From Callorhinchus milii (Eukaryota), in NCBI RefSeq assembly GCF_018977255.1, contig NW_024704743.1, positions 33,606,001 to 33,670,000 on the forward strand: DNA of 64,000 bases. The letters are read 5' to 3'. Shown here piece after piece: positions 11,601-23,935 of the stretch. The position numbers and the translations under genes are program-made. Numbering within the stretch: position 1 is the first letter of the stretch; the number at the start of each line of letters is the position of its first letter. The notes beneath the pieces were generated by a model, which saw nothing but the letters and a program-made list of their open reading frames with translations, had not been told where the DNA came from and did not search any database.

Positions 11601-14600
11601 CAATTGAATACTTGAAAGTTTATGAATCTTTGACCAACTCATTCATGGTTTGTGTTTTGGTGAAAGTGGATTGCATGCAGGTTTGAAGAAAAATAGACCC
11701 AGTAAGTGCTTTCACATTGGTCGTCAACTATTGGAAGCAGGCCCCAGATATCTAAATGTTAACGTCATTGTTGTTGCACGCAAAATATTTCCCACCATCC
11801 AGCAAGTGAGTTTGAATGAGGAGGAGGAGATGACTTGTTGAAGGAGGGAAGGAAGAGGGAATTAGACTTGTATGTGTGATGGTGTGTGAAGTGTTTCCCA
11901 GTGACACTCTTGTGTGTGTTTTCTGGATTGAAATTCAGCTGCCGTAGCTCTGCTGTCCCTGGCTTGAAGGTAAAGGAAGATGCGTTTTGAGCATTCCCTA
12001 TGAATTTCTTCTAGTGATAATCCTTTCAGCTGTTCGAAGATTTTCTGACTCATCTTTTATTATTAATAATAATGCTTGCACTTGATATAGTGCCTTTCAC
12101 TTCAGGAAGACGTCTCAAGTGCTTCACAGGATTTATTATAAAGTTTAGTGATTTTTGTAGGTGAACTGCTTAAAAATCCCCCCCCCCCCCCGACTATATA
12201 CACACACACAAACAAATGCATCTTTTAAAATCGAGTCTGGATCTTGCTAAAGATCGCGACTGCTCTTATGTTTACCAATCTTCTGTGTACACGTGTAACG
12301 TCTAATTTACCCCCCCCCATTTGACAATGAAACCTTTTTGAGTCCTGAACCTTAGGTGTCAGAAACGTTTGACATTGTACTAAAAGGGCATTTAGTCAAA
12401 CTGTTCTATGGCCTATTTAAAAGGCGGGTATTTTGCCCGTAGTTTTACTATTCACAGGTGCAAAGTCCTCTTTGTTTTGCTTTCCTCCCCCCCCCGCCAC
12501 CCCTCCTCCTCCTACATAAAAGTAAATTCTGCTTTGTGAGCAGAAAGCTATTTAGGAAATGCAGGATAAATTGAAAGCATTTGGCTGGGTGCCACATGCT
12601 TGTAATGGGCTTCCCTCAGTCTTAGGCTAAAGAATGTGGTTAGTGTTGATCGCAGCAGAGTGCTGCAATTCTGTTCACATGTGAGGAATCTTTGTGCTGT
12701 CTCAAACTGTCCTAATTGATGATAAATTGAAGAATACTCTTGAATAGTAGTCAGAAAGTATTTGCCACTTTCACTGGGTTTTACGTTAATAGCAACTTAA
12801 TGATTGCCGAATTTTCCTTGAGTCGGTAATTGGTGCCCATTCCTCAGTTAACTTCTCCTCCCCTCGTTTTGCAGCCTGGAGAGGTGGGGGAAGCAGGAGA
12901 AAGGATGTGCGCCGTCTTGTTTTGTTTCTAGCTATGATGTTGGGATACTGTCCTTGAAATGGGAAGTGTGGAACTGCATAGCCGTGAACAGGAGTCCAGC
13001 ACAAAGATGATTCTTGAGTCCTTTTGAATCGTGTGCATAATAATAATCCTTGCATTTGATTCAGGGCCTTATCACGTCACTGAAACGCTTCTACATATTG
13101 TAAAGTGTATTTTGTGGTGAAACGCCCATTTCACAATCAGCCGTTCTGTAAATGAGAACTTTCATTTTTATAGGGCCTTATCTCCACACTTCACAGTAAT
13201 TACTGTCAACCTCTGCGACTGTTTTCTAAAGTGGACAAAACCTGGTTTTGTGGAGGAGAGAGGAAATAGGTGCTCAACGGAACATTTACGAACTCCTACT
13301 GCGTCAAACTCACTGTGACTTTGGCTTAAAATGACCCCAAGTCAAGTTAAGAGACAGTAAACCCAAAGCTCCTGAACGGCTGCATATCATCTCATCATCT
13401 CTGTTAACAGAGCAACTGCTTATGTTAACTCCTTGTTCAGTAACTGCTTCACCCACACTCCACGTTTACAAACCAAATTGCAGTCCTCTTTTCCACACGT
13501 GACTCGATGCACAGCTCCTGTTATTACAACCATCTGCCAAATTATACCGTTTAAAACCGAGAACAGTGTGAGACCGTCTGATTGTGTAAACCTTGTGAAG
13601 TGTTTATGGCTTTGTCATGTGATGAGAGCTCCCCTTTAACCTCTGAGCTGCTGTAACTCAATGCAGCTTCCAGCAGCTCAAACCTGGATTGAAACCCCTG
13701 TTCAGAACAATAACACTGCTTGTAATCCTTACTAGGAGTAGGGGGAGTTGGGGGGGGAGCAGTGTGGGTGTGCAGAGAGGAGGAAGGTTTTAAAAATGTA
13801 CCTCTTCATTTCAGCAGGTTTGTGATTTGTGGGGGAAATCAGTCATTTATTTTGCTCGATCTGTGAAAATCTGTCTGCGTTTTTTTTGATGGCTCGAAGC
13901 TAGAAGTCCTGACTGGAAGTGAAATTCATTCTGAGGACTTGATGGACAGCCACTGGATTTCATCCCTGACTCTGGTTGTGAGGAATGCATGCATTGTGTC
14001 ACCGCTAGTCGGAAGAGATGGAAGATCAGTCCTGAGCAGAGGCCTGGGGGGAGTGGGGTGCGATTTGGGGAAATCCATACTGTCGCTTGCTGCTCTGTAA
14101 AGTGTTTCCAATGGCTTTATTGAATGGCGTTTCCTGTTACTGAGCACTTGAAATCTCTCTCTTGAGGACTTGTATTTTAAAATATTATTTGACAAAGTCT
14201 GCAGGAGGTTACTGAATAACGATCCTGTAAACCGTTGTGGCTCTTAATTTTTATTTAAAGAAATGCGACCTTGAGATAGGGTCATTAATGGAAACGCTGG
14301 ACATTTTAATTCCCATTAGCTGTTTATCTGCATCTCTTTTTTTCCGGTCAGCACTTAATGTTAAGCCAAGATGTTGATGTGGCAGACGATGCAGCTACAT
14401 CCAGTGAAAGATTAAAATTTAATACCACATTAGTGTTCAAAGAACACTTGATGTATTATGGTTTCGAATTCATAAGCTGTTAAATTGACGGCTTTGCACC
14501 TGGTGTTTAGTATCCCAGCGGCTCTGTATCTAACGAAACAAAATCCAAGCGAAAAAGTGCTGCTCGGACTAGACTAGGGTTACAACTCGCCTTGAGCTCA

Positions 14601-15274
14601 TTAGAAACTTTCATTCTCCACTTTGCACCCAGACCCATAAAAGGGTAACATTTCAATGCATGAATCTGCAATCGTAAGGCACACAGGAGTGGAATATCCC
14701 GGTCAGTTCACATTTCACATTGTCCACCATCCACACAGGACTATAATATACTGTCTATATAGGACTGTAATATTGTGAATGGGAAATTTATCTGCAGCAA
14801 TTTGGGCTGTAAATGTTTAACCTTCATCAGAAAAAAATGATGTTGACCTATAATGGATGCTAATTGCTGTTGCGTGTGGTTTGGTTTTGCTTGGACTATT
14901 TTTAAAAAAATGGTTTCAAGGCAATTCCGTTGAACTGTTCAGATGGCCTTGAGTTGCAAGAGCACAGCAGAGGCAGTGTATATCTGCTATACACTATCTC
15001 TGCTCAATCATTCTGCTCAGCTTTATTTATACCCTGTAATGTGTACTGTAGAGCTGATGGAGCAGGTTTATTTGCTGGCAATGACTGACTGCGGGATCAT
15101 TGGTAATGAGGAGCTCTGTGCAGTTAGTCCTTGATATCCTCAGCAATGGATGGATTAAAACAGTTGTAATATAATCCCTGCAGTTAAATCTCCTCTCCTA
15201 AAGTTGCTTATTCCTACTGCAGTGCAGTTCACAGAAGCTGCCCACCTCCTCCTCCTTCCCTGTGGGCATTCTTC

Positions 15275-15823
15275 AATAAATAAACTCTGCTTGATTCAGT
15301 GCCTTTCACGCCAGGAGGAACGTCTCAAAGCACTTCACAAGGTTTGTATTTTATAGGCAAACACAACAGTCATTTTGTGCCACAGCAGTGTTCTATAAAC
15401 AGCCATGAGGTGAATGACCACTTTATTTATCTGGAGAATTATTGGCTGAGACAATGGGAGGAAGATAGAAATCTACTGTGCAGAAGGAGGCCATTTAACC
15501 CATGTAGTCTTCACCCAGTCACAGAGCCAGCAGATCATTTAAGACCCTCTGTCCCCATACCTCTTCAAGACCTTCTCTTTCACATGCCTATCTACTTCTC
15601 TTTTTGAATAATGCCATGGGATCTTTAACATCTGCCTGAATAGGTAAGCGGGACCTTGGTTTAATGTCTTATCTGAAGGACGACACCTCTGATAATGCAG
15701 CACCCTTCCAATACTGCATTGGAGTGTCAGCATAGACAATGAGCTCAAAGTTGTGCTGTAGGCTTGTGCTTAAAACTTTCTGACTTAAAGGCGAGAGTAC
15801 TACTTGCTTTGCCAGGCTGACAC
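15275..15823 (-). mobile_element. Deu-domain SINE interrupted by a CR1 3' tail (~15465-15590)
   Basis: Head/Deu at ~15600-15823 (gccatgggatctttaacatc..gggaccttggtttaatgtcttatctgaaggacgacacctc), tail at ~15275-15450; between them atagaaatctactgtgcagaaggaggccattt (reverse CR1 3'UTR). Confidence 0.75.
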
Positions 15824-17001
15824 TGTATTGGATAGACACTTTGAGATGTTTTTAGCGAAGTGGTAAGGGGTTTATATCAAATGCAAAGATTATTATGTTG
15901 ACCACACACAAACTTCTCTTAGTAGACAGCGCTGGCGTGCTTTTTCTGCTGGAGACATGATGATTAATTGTGGTCCTTCCACAAAAAGTGACGAAATAAA
16001 ATGACAGCAGCCGCCACCAGCTCCTTGTGGTCTTCAATCACTGAACAAAACCAGAATGTCCTCTTTCTTTGTAAAGTTGAGGGGGAGGATCAAGAAAGAA
16101 GATAGTGCTACAACTGTACGGGTGATTCTAAGCATTATCCTTTCTTTTAAAGTAAGTCAATGTGAGATTTTGACAATAGACCACTGTCAGGAGATGGTGT
16201 TCGGAAACTCCTCTAGTGATATACGAGCACTACCTAGCACTCTCAAGTGTAAAATACTTTGTCTGCCAGTGCCAACGTGCTGCTATCCGCCTATTCCAAA
16301 AGCCTGGTGTTCCTATAGCAACACTCAGTCCATGCTGCTGAAGGGAGCCGTGCATTGCTTCCATTCCTCTGTCCAGGATTTCCCCGGTCATCCACAATAT
16401 TGTTGAAGCAATAAGCAATACAAAACACCGCAAGGCACTTACAAAGTAATTCACGACTCCGGCACGGACTAGTTGGGCCAAATGGCCTATTTCCTTGCTG
16501 TATCATTCTGTGTAGGTAAGGGGGTGAGAGGGAAAGTCGCCCAGCTGGTGAGTAACTGAAATAAGCTTTAATAGTGAGAGCATTGGCCGATACGTTGTAA
16601 GGAACAGCGAGAGCTTGAAGAGATGTGAACGAACGTGTGTGAATTTCTCAGCTTCTGGATTTACTGATGGGAGTGGTTCAAATTGAACTCATGACTAGTT
16701 TCTTGGGATGCTGTTCCTTGAGGACTCTCAACAACAACTATGATTTGAGGGAGAAAGTTTTTCCTGGTCTCAGTTTAACATCTCTCGCTTTCCTTTATCC
16801 TCGTCCTCTGCTCCAGCCAGCCTCGGTCCAGATTTCCACAATTTTTTATTTGATAGATTTTTTTGAGAAATACTGTAATATCAATCGGGCTCAGTGAGTC
16901 TGCATTGTGCTGACACAGAGCACAGACACTTACACACAGCTGTTGGGGGTTGTTATGCATGAGAGAGTATGGAGTGTGCTCTTCTGCAGGTGTCTCCAGA
17001 G

Positions 17002-17273
17002 CAGTGCTGTCCAGTAGAAATTGCTGATTAGCCACATTAGCGACACCATTTTAGCCACACGCACTCATTTTAGTGAACTCATGCAATCCAGGTAAATGTA
17101 CTTCGCATGTATGTTTACATGTATATTTACTTAACAAACATTTATTAATAAATATCTACCACCTTTTTATCTTGAGATCACATGCCCAACGATGATGTCT
17201 ATTACACTTTATTTCCGAATCAAAAATGCAGTTTTTTACATGTGGCTGGTGCCAAATGTATTGGACCAGCCTG
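17002..17273. mobile_element. hAT-Charlie-like non-autonomous DNA transposon (MER3/MER33-like MITE)
   Basis: Imperfect TIRs cagtgctgtccagta / tattggaccagcctg; subterminal tagccacat / atgtggct motifs as in MER3; flanking 8-mers ctccagag and ctctggga resemble a decayed Charlie target NTCTAGAN. Confidence 0.75.
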
Positions 17274-18574
17274 CTCTGGGAAGGCAAATAGATTTCAGAG
17301 TCCTGGAGTATCTATTGAACTTTACCCAGCATGAGTGGTGCCCTTTAGGAGAAGAAAGAAAGCTTGCACTGGCAAGAAAATAATGCCAGACTGTTCTGCC
17401 AGAGGGAGTGAGAAATCACCATTTCAGCTTACTGCCTCCGGAAGTAAGGTGCAAAATCCATCTATGGACACATTTACTCCTCTGGAGTCAATGTTAGCTT
17501 CCTTACCATTACAACAGGGCTGTGTGGTGATGTCTTGTGTATATACGAAACTTAAATAATTTCCTCTTGTTTATCGGAGGACTGAAATTGCACCGTTTGC
17601 GTTTCAGCCTAGACCAAGTACCCCAATTGTGGAAAATTTAAATTTAGTTTTAATTTTAATTTTTTTTCTTTAAAAGATCTGTGAGCCTCTATTTTGACCA
17701 AGGTGTGGGGTGATCTGTGGTGTATCATGTAAAAATAAAATCTGGTTTCAACTTTTTTTTGAAAAAGATTGCATTAAACTCAGGGTAATTGTGAGCTTTT
17801 GTGCAGGAAACTTTACGGGACAGGTGGGAATGAGGCAATATAATTCTTACCTTTGATATAGCGCATTATGATGTCGGCGAGACGTCTCGAAGTGCTTCAC
17901 AGCATTTATTGCAGATTGTAATGACTATTTGTAGTGTCTCGATAGGCGTATTGCTGTGAGCACGACGATCCTGCTCATTATGGACTCTATTGGCTACTAT
18001 TAAAGCTTCAGTACACTTCTATGAGCATGTTGATGCAGTCACTTGTCCAGGTCTGCTCCTGGGCACTTCATTGCTGCCTGGATTTCTGGTTCTAATTAGT
18101 ATCCAGATGGGGCTTATGCTTTAAGCAGATTAGTATCTTTATAAAGTTTTGTCCCACCACTCTCCTTTCTCTTTTTTCTTTCTCTCTTTTCCGCATCAAC
18201 CTCGCCCTCCCCCCCCACCCAACCACATCCACTCCAGTAGCATTTGTGAACACAGCGGTATGAAAAGGATTTAGCCCCCATGGTGCTGGAAGGGGTTAAT
18301 GTGAATGTGCAGCACACAAAGAAATGAAAGGAACCTCTCGTGGTGCCAGCTCAAGCTGCCAAATTAAAACGAGTCTCTTTGGATAAATTAAATGCAAATT
18401 AATTGTTCCAGAGCAAACGCTTTAAGCCCATGTTTGTTGGGACATTGCATTTCGCATCACTTCCATATTTTGGATTGTTTGAAAACTTATTGAAATTTGA
18501 GAAGGATTTGTTTTCTCCACACACTTTTTTAAAAAAAGAAAAAGTACATGTTCTCTCTCTGCTGCTGTAGAGAC

Positions 18575-18870
18575 CGACTCATGCAGTGGTTGCACCAATT
18601 GCCCTTTGGTGCCTCATCCAAGTGACTATTCATGTATGAGCCTAGCCAGTGAGCAATCATGGGGGGGAATGGCAGATGAGCATCATGATGTCCACATGCT
18701 CATTTGTAGCAGGAGACACTGGGTACCGATCAGCTATCCCTGTGCTGAACTCTGCATTAGGCTGAGATCGGCTATCTTTGCACATATTGGGAATTGAATC
18801 TGGGACATTCCTGCTTTGCTCCACTTCACACTGGACATTTGAGTTTTCTAACCAAGCCATCGGGAGCTGA
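18575..18870 (-). mobile_element. Old SINE of third family, near full length
   Basis: Reverse complement has a tRNA-like head (atggcttggtt...gattcaattccc), tagccgatctcagcc motif, and 3' ctaggctcatacatgaatagtcacttggatgagg related to 54595-54790. Confidence 0.6.
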
Positions 18871-18939
18871 AGACTTAATTGAATTCTATGTTAGTCAAGT
18901 AAATATAAGTGGTGTTTAAAAAATTTTTTGTGTTTTTTT

Positions 18940-19282
18940 TATATCACATTGCAAAGTTTGCAAGTAATTGCTGTCGATTGTAATGATTGTTTTTGTAGGC
19001 AAAAAGGGCAGTTGTTTTACATACAGTAAGGGCCCAATTTATCTGGAAGTTTTTTGGCTGGGACACTGTTCTCGAATAGTGTCATGGAATCTTTAATTTG
19101 AAGGATACTTCAGTAGGTCTTCGGTTTAATGTTTCATCCGAAAGATGGCATCTTTGACAATTCGGCGCTCTTCCAGTAATGCACTGGAGTGTCAACCTAA
19201 ACTGTAAACTCAAGTCTCAACATGGGAGTTGAATCCATAGCCTTCTGGATCAAAAGTTAGAGTGTCACCAACTGAGCCAAAC
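18940..19282 (-). mobile_element. Deu-domain SINE
   Basis: ggctgggacactg..gtcatggaatctttaa..cggtttaatgtttcatccgaaagatggcatct..gcactggagtgtcaacc..agagtgtcaccaactgagcca. Confidence 0.8.
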
Positions 19283-19941
19283 ACTAACTTGATGTGGTTC
19301 AGTTTTAGGAGTTTGCAGATGATTAGGCAGAAATGATTTCTCTTGTGTGTGTCTGGCTCGGAGCCAATCTGTTGACAGAGCGGCTGATACTGTGTATGAG
19401 CAGGTGAGCGAGTATGAGAGTTAACAACTGATTACAATGGCATATTGTGTAATGTTAAATTGGCCTATTTGTCTTACCACCATTTCCATCAGAACCTATA
19501 AATGCAGTGAATTTCTCAGGGTGGGGCATTTGTCCATTTGTCACGTAATGGAAGTGATCTGTGTGTTTGTGAGCAACCACAGCCCTTTCTCTCCTTTTAA
19601 TGAAACTGGTAATTGTTTGCCATCCCTGTGCTGGTGGTGTTTTTGCGCACTTTGTCCATGGCCCAGGTGTTCAGTGTACAGGAAGAAGATTGCCATGTAA
19701 GCTTGGGCAGGAGAGAATGAATCCCATTTTATTTTAGTGTTCATTGCATAGTGGCACTTTCATTAACACTTGAGATGCACAAAAATATTTGGGTTTTCAG
19801 TGATCCTCGGCTTTGTGCTCAGGCAGCAAACATAACCTAGATGTTTACAAGCTGGAGTCATTTTCTGCTGTTGTCTCCTTTTGCAAGTTGTGTTTATTTG
19901 ATGGGCAAAAAACAAAGCCCAGAAAAGTGGCTATTGATGCC

Positions 19942-20084
19942 CGATCAGTTGCCCTTCATGTTGTTGCCTTAACAATTCCACCTTTTTGCGGAAAAAGTTA
20001 TTGTATTTTGAATATTGCATTTCCCAAAGCATTGTTGCAAAAAGTTGGAATTGCTAAGGCAACAACATGAAGGGCAACTGATCG
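19942..20084. repeat. Inverted repeat, 48-bp arms (2 mismatches), 47-bp spacer
   Basis: 19942-19989 cgatcagttgcccttcatgttgttgccttaacaattccacctttttgc vs reverse complement of 20037-20084 cgatcagttgcccttcatgttgttgccttagcaattccaactttttgc. Confidence 0.95.
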
Positions 20085-20189
20085 ATCAGCGATCAGTGGG
20101 GTGCTGATATGCATTGACTAAACAATAATATTTGAATGTTGAGTCTGCAGAAGATATTAAATTATAGCTGGAATATTATATGCAATGTT

Positions 20190-20392
20190 AGGTATCCCAT
20201 TATAGAAAGGTTATCAGAGCTATTGCAGCATAGAATCATTAGAATGTATAATTTTGATGAAAGGCTTAAAAACTGGGGATGTGCTCCCCAGAGCAGGCAA
20301 ATGGGATTATAGTAAATAGCTCCATTGAGGGGCTAGGAAGTCACAGGCACAGTGGGCTGAATGGCCTCCTGTGTGGATATTTCTATGAATCT
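20190..20392 (+). mobile_element. CR1-clade LINE 3' fragment, internally deleted
   Basis: cccattatagaaagg..tttgatgaaaggcttaaaaactggggatgtgctcc (~P.YRKD..EERL..LG) and 3'UTR gggctgaatggcctcctgtgtg..ttctatga. Confidence 0.65.
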
Positions 20393-20574
20393 TTTAAGAT
20401 ATTTGAAGCATTCAACTGAAATGGCTGATGTAACTTGCTGTGCAATCAACATAATATTGTACATCAATAAAACACCATTTAACCCTGAAATTCAGATGGG
20501 AGGTCAACAAATTACATTCATATAGTTTCTTTCAGATTAGCAGAAAGTCCAAAGTCTCTGGACAGTTGAGGGTT

Positions 20575-20790
20575 TGCACCTGAATTGGGGTTGGATTTAG
20601 GAGGGGTGGAGCCAAGGGGGAGTGAAAGATGACCAAAGGTGCGGTCAAAGAGGAAGGACCTGATATGAACCTTGAAGGAGCGAGGTGAAGGGACTCGGGG
20701 ATGGAGTTCCAGAGAGTGGGGGCAGAAAGGCTGAACCCCTGACTACTGTGGTGGGGCAGGCAGGCGGGGGGGACATGAAACAGACCAGCT
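20575..20790 (-). mobile_element. L2-like LINE 3' fragment
   Basis: Minus ORF GFSLSAPTLWNSIPESLHLAPS matches the L2 ORF2 C-terminus (AFS..AP.LWNSLP..LR.A.S). Confidence 0.75.
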
Positions 20791-22721
20791 TTGGTGATAT
20801 ACACCTATACCAACACAATTAAGATAAAAGAAGCTCGAATTGATGAGGCTGGTGTGTTCAGTAATGCTGCCCCCCCCCCCCCCCCCCAATGGACAGCAAC
20901 TGCTGCCTCCAATGAATGAAGATCTAGAGGTGCAAGCTTGACTGCCGCTGTTGCTTTAGATGTGTACTGCCAATGACAGGCGGACTGCCAACAGTGTCAG
21001 AATAAAAGTTATGGTATGGACTGATTAGTGGAACTATTGATTACAAAAAAACTATAGAAGTGCATGGAGAATCACCAAATTGTTTAGTGTTTTCCTTGCT
21101 GTGTCCAGTTATGATTCTGAACCTTTTACCTATTATTTTTAACTTGGGGCGTTCCTCTGGGTTCAACAATCGGTCACTTATAGATTATAATTTTGGGTCG
21201 GTAGTTGTATTTTAATGCACTGAATCCCTCTTAATATAATACCCAGTCTGCTCGCCAAAGCAGGCTTACCAAAATAAATGAAGCCTGAACAGGATGAAAT
21301 TAAATAAAAGCAGCATTTAATCAAATGGTTTGGTGGTTGAAGGAGAGGAATGTTGGGCACAGAGGTTAAATGTCAAGAAAGCAGTTTACGGGAAGGTTGT
21401 TGTGAAGAGACTTGAAGGCCTGAAGTTACTGATTCAGTGGCGTTTAGGTGCTAATAATGCATTCACAGGGGGAGATCCAATTAACCTTGGCCAAACTGTG
21501 TGTTAAAATATAAAATTCACAATGGTATTGGCTGGTTGAGGTGTTGAATTGCTTGTCCTTTTTAAAGGGTTAAGCCTCTAGGAACTGGTTTTGTTGCATG
21601 ACAGTTTCATCCTAGTTTTCTGGAAATATTTTTGAAGTTCTCTAGGCTGCCCGCTTTAAAACCACTTCCATGGAATTGAATATTCTCTGCCGTGTGTGCC
21701 CGTGAGGAAAATTGACCAGAAGAGGATGTTTTCTGTGTGTTATTGAAGCTTGTGCTCGCTAGGATAAAGGAAACTGTTTGCTAGCTAGAGAATTCTGACA
21801 TTTATACCCCCATGTGAAGGCTTACCACTTGGGGGTATGGCATCTGTGGAAGTAAACCAGGAGAAAAATACACAGCAAAAAAAAAGTATTTAGAAGCCTT
21901 TGCTGACCAGTCACTCTTTGAGCATGCCATACGTTCTCCTCGCAGAGGTGTGTCTACAACGTTGCTCTGGCTATGGGCTACCGGATGAATGGGAAGGAGA
22001 GAGAAGAGGGGAAAGCTAATCTTGAGGTTTATCTTGGTTCCCCAGTAGCTGTTCAGAGCTTAGCCTAGGAGAAGATCTGTCCCCTGTTGAAGGGGTGTCC
22101 TTTAGACCTTCATTCTATGTATGTTCAGGAGTTGTTTAGTGCATAAGAGGTAAATGACCTGCTGTCAGATTTATTTTGTGAAGTGGTTTCGTGCTCAAGA
22201 CATTTACTGCACTGTAAAAAGCCTGACTGCCTTCCAAAACTAATAATCAGTTTACCAGAGCCAGGATATTTCAATTCATGGTTCATAATCTGGGCCACAC
22301 CAAGTGGGATTGAATTAATTTTGTGATGAATTTACTTCTAAAAGCAAATTGGAAGAGTAACTGCAGTTACTCCTGACATTTGTTTTTCACTCTCGCTGTT
22401 TAACTTGAAAAGTTTTCCAGATTCCAAATCACTTCTTGCCAAATCACTTTGACAGCCTCTAACTGTTGAACTTTTTTCTATTTTGCAGAAATTTTATCTC
22501 AATTTGTAGCAGGCAACTTGTTGATGTACAGGAGAAAGGTTGACTGGCCAAACTCCTTTCACTATCTTTTCCTAATACGTGGGACTGTCCATGCAGCAGC
22601 AATCCCACACTCTGGACTTGTAAAGATGCTTTACAACATCAGCTGCTTGCTGGTCTTATTTTTATAAAAAAATCTGCAAAGTTTTGGTGAGATGAGCTGC
22701 TACCTGGAGTAGTGCAGAGCC

Positions 22722-23105
22722 ATGGAAGGTCACAGGTTCGAATCCCAATCTGTGATGTTAATTGGGAGAGCAGTTTGGACACTACAATCTACTTCTGCAA
22801 TTGGCTTTTCGATCTCTTTAATAATAATAATCCTTGCATTTGATGTAGTGCCTTAGCACGTCTTTGAGACATCTCAAAGCGCTTCACAGAATATACTGTA
22901 AAGTGAATTGACTGTATTTTGTGGTTGAAACGCGCAGCCAATTATGCACAGCAGTGTCCCACAAACAGTCATGGATTGAGTGACCACTAATTGCAGGAGA
23001 GGGGAGAGAGAGAAATCATCCAAGGTTCCCTCTCCCAGTTGCTTTCTAGAACCTCCATGTGCACAAGCGCTTGCTGGATAGGACTGGCTCAACTAGCGGA
23101 AGATG
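22722..23105 (+). mobile_element. Old third-family SINE split by a younger minus-strand SINE
   Basis: ggaaggtcacaggttcgaatcccaatctgtg..gacactacaat (22722-22805) resumes after the insert as ggagagggg..aaatcatccaaggttccctctccc (22990-23105). Confidence 0.55.
22819..22986 (-). mobile_element. 5'-truncated SINE (3' half)
   Basis: (TAA)n tccttgcatttg...cagccaattatgcacagcagtgtcccacaaacagtcatggattga. Confidence 0.88.
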
Positions 23106-23549
23106 GTCCTGTGACTGAATGGTGCACAGTTAGGGTGTTTTTAGCTTGGAGAGCTTAAGAGCTTAACTGCCTAGTATCTCAGCAGTAGTTTCATAGTAAA
23201 GTTTTTCCTCTGCAGCTGAACAGCATGTGTTGATTCCGTTTGGTTAGTGATTTCTGTCACCCGTGAGCCAACCTGCTTGAAACTCAGTAACTGTAACAAC
23301 ACCAAATTACATTTGTATAGCGTCTTCATGTCGGGAGGACGTCCGAAAGCATTGGAAGCTGTTGCTGGCTGATGTAACACAGGTTTTCTTGCAGTGCAAG
23401 TTTGGGGCTGTCAGTGGCCTAACTTCACTTTGAGTTGTGCGTGTGTGTTTTCAGTTTGTGATTTTTATTTTGTGGTTTGTTGTTTTGGAGGGTGACCGAC
23501 ATGAAGTGTCAGAGCAGCGCTATGTTTCGTGAAGCACAGATGTTTATTG

Positions 23550-23935
23550 ATGTCAGTTTGGTTCAGTTGGTAACGATTGCATCGTGCTCTGGGTCAGAAG
23601 GTTGTGGATTGAGCCCCACATTGGGACTTGAGCTCAATCTGGGCTGATAATCGAGTGCATCAATTGGGGAGTTCTAGAGGTTAAACCAAGGACCCTCTGC
23701 CTATCCAGGTGAACATTGAATGATATCACCACTTCGGTATTTCAAAAGCCAAGAGAGATGCACTGTGTCGTGGCCATCAATGCTACAGAGTGATTGGTGA
23801 TTCAGCTCAGCTGTTTGTGGAACGTTGCTGGTGCAAATGTTTCCTGCATTTGTCTACAAAACTCGTGATATTGTTGAGTGAAATGCTTTGAGACTATTTG
23901 ACATAAGGTGCTGCAAAAATGCAATTTCTTTCTTT
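23550..23935 (+). mobile_element. Full-length Deu-domain SINE, degenerate
   Basis: tRNA-like head gttcagttggtaac..ctctgggtcagaaggttgtggattgagcccca; ttaaaccaaggaccc; gctgtttgtggaacgttgctggtgcaaat; tail tgcaatttctttctttc. Confidence 0.75.
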
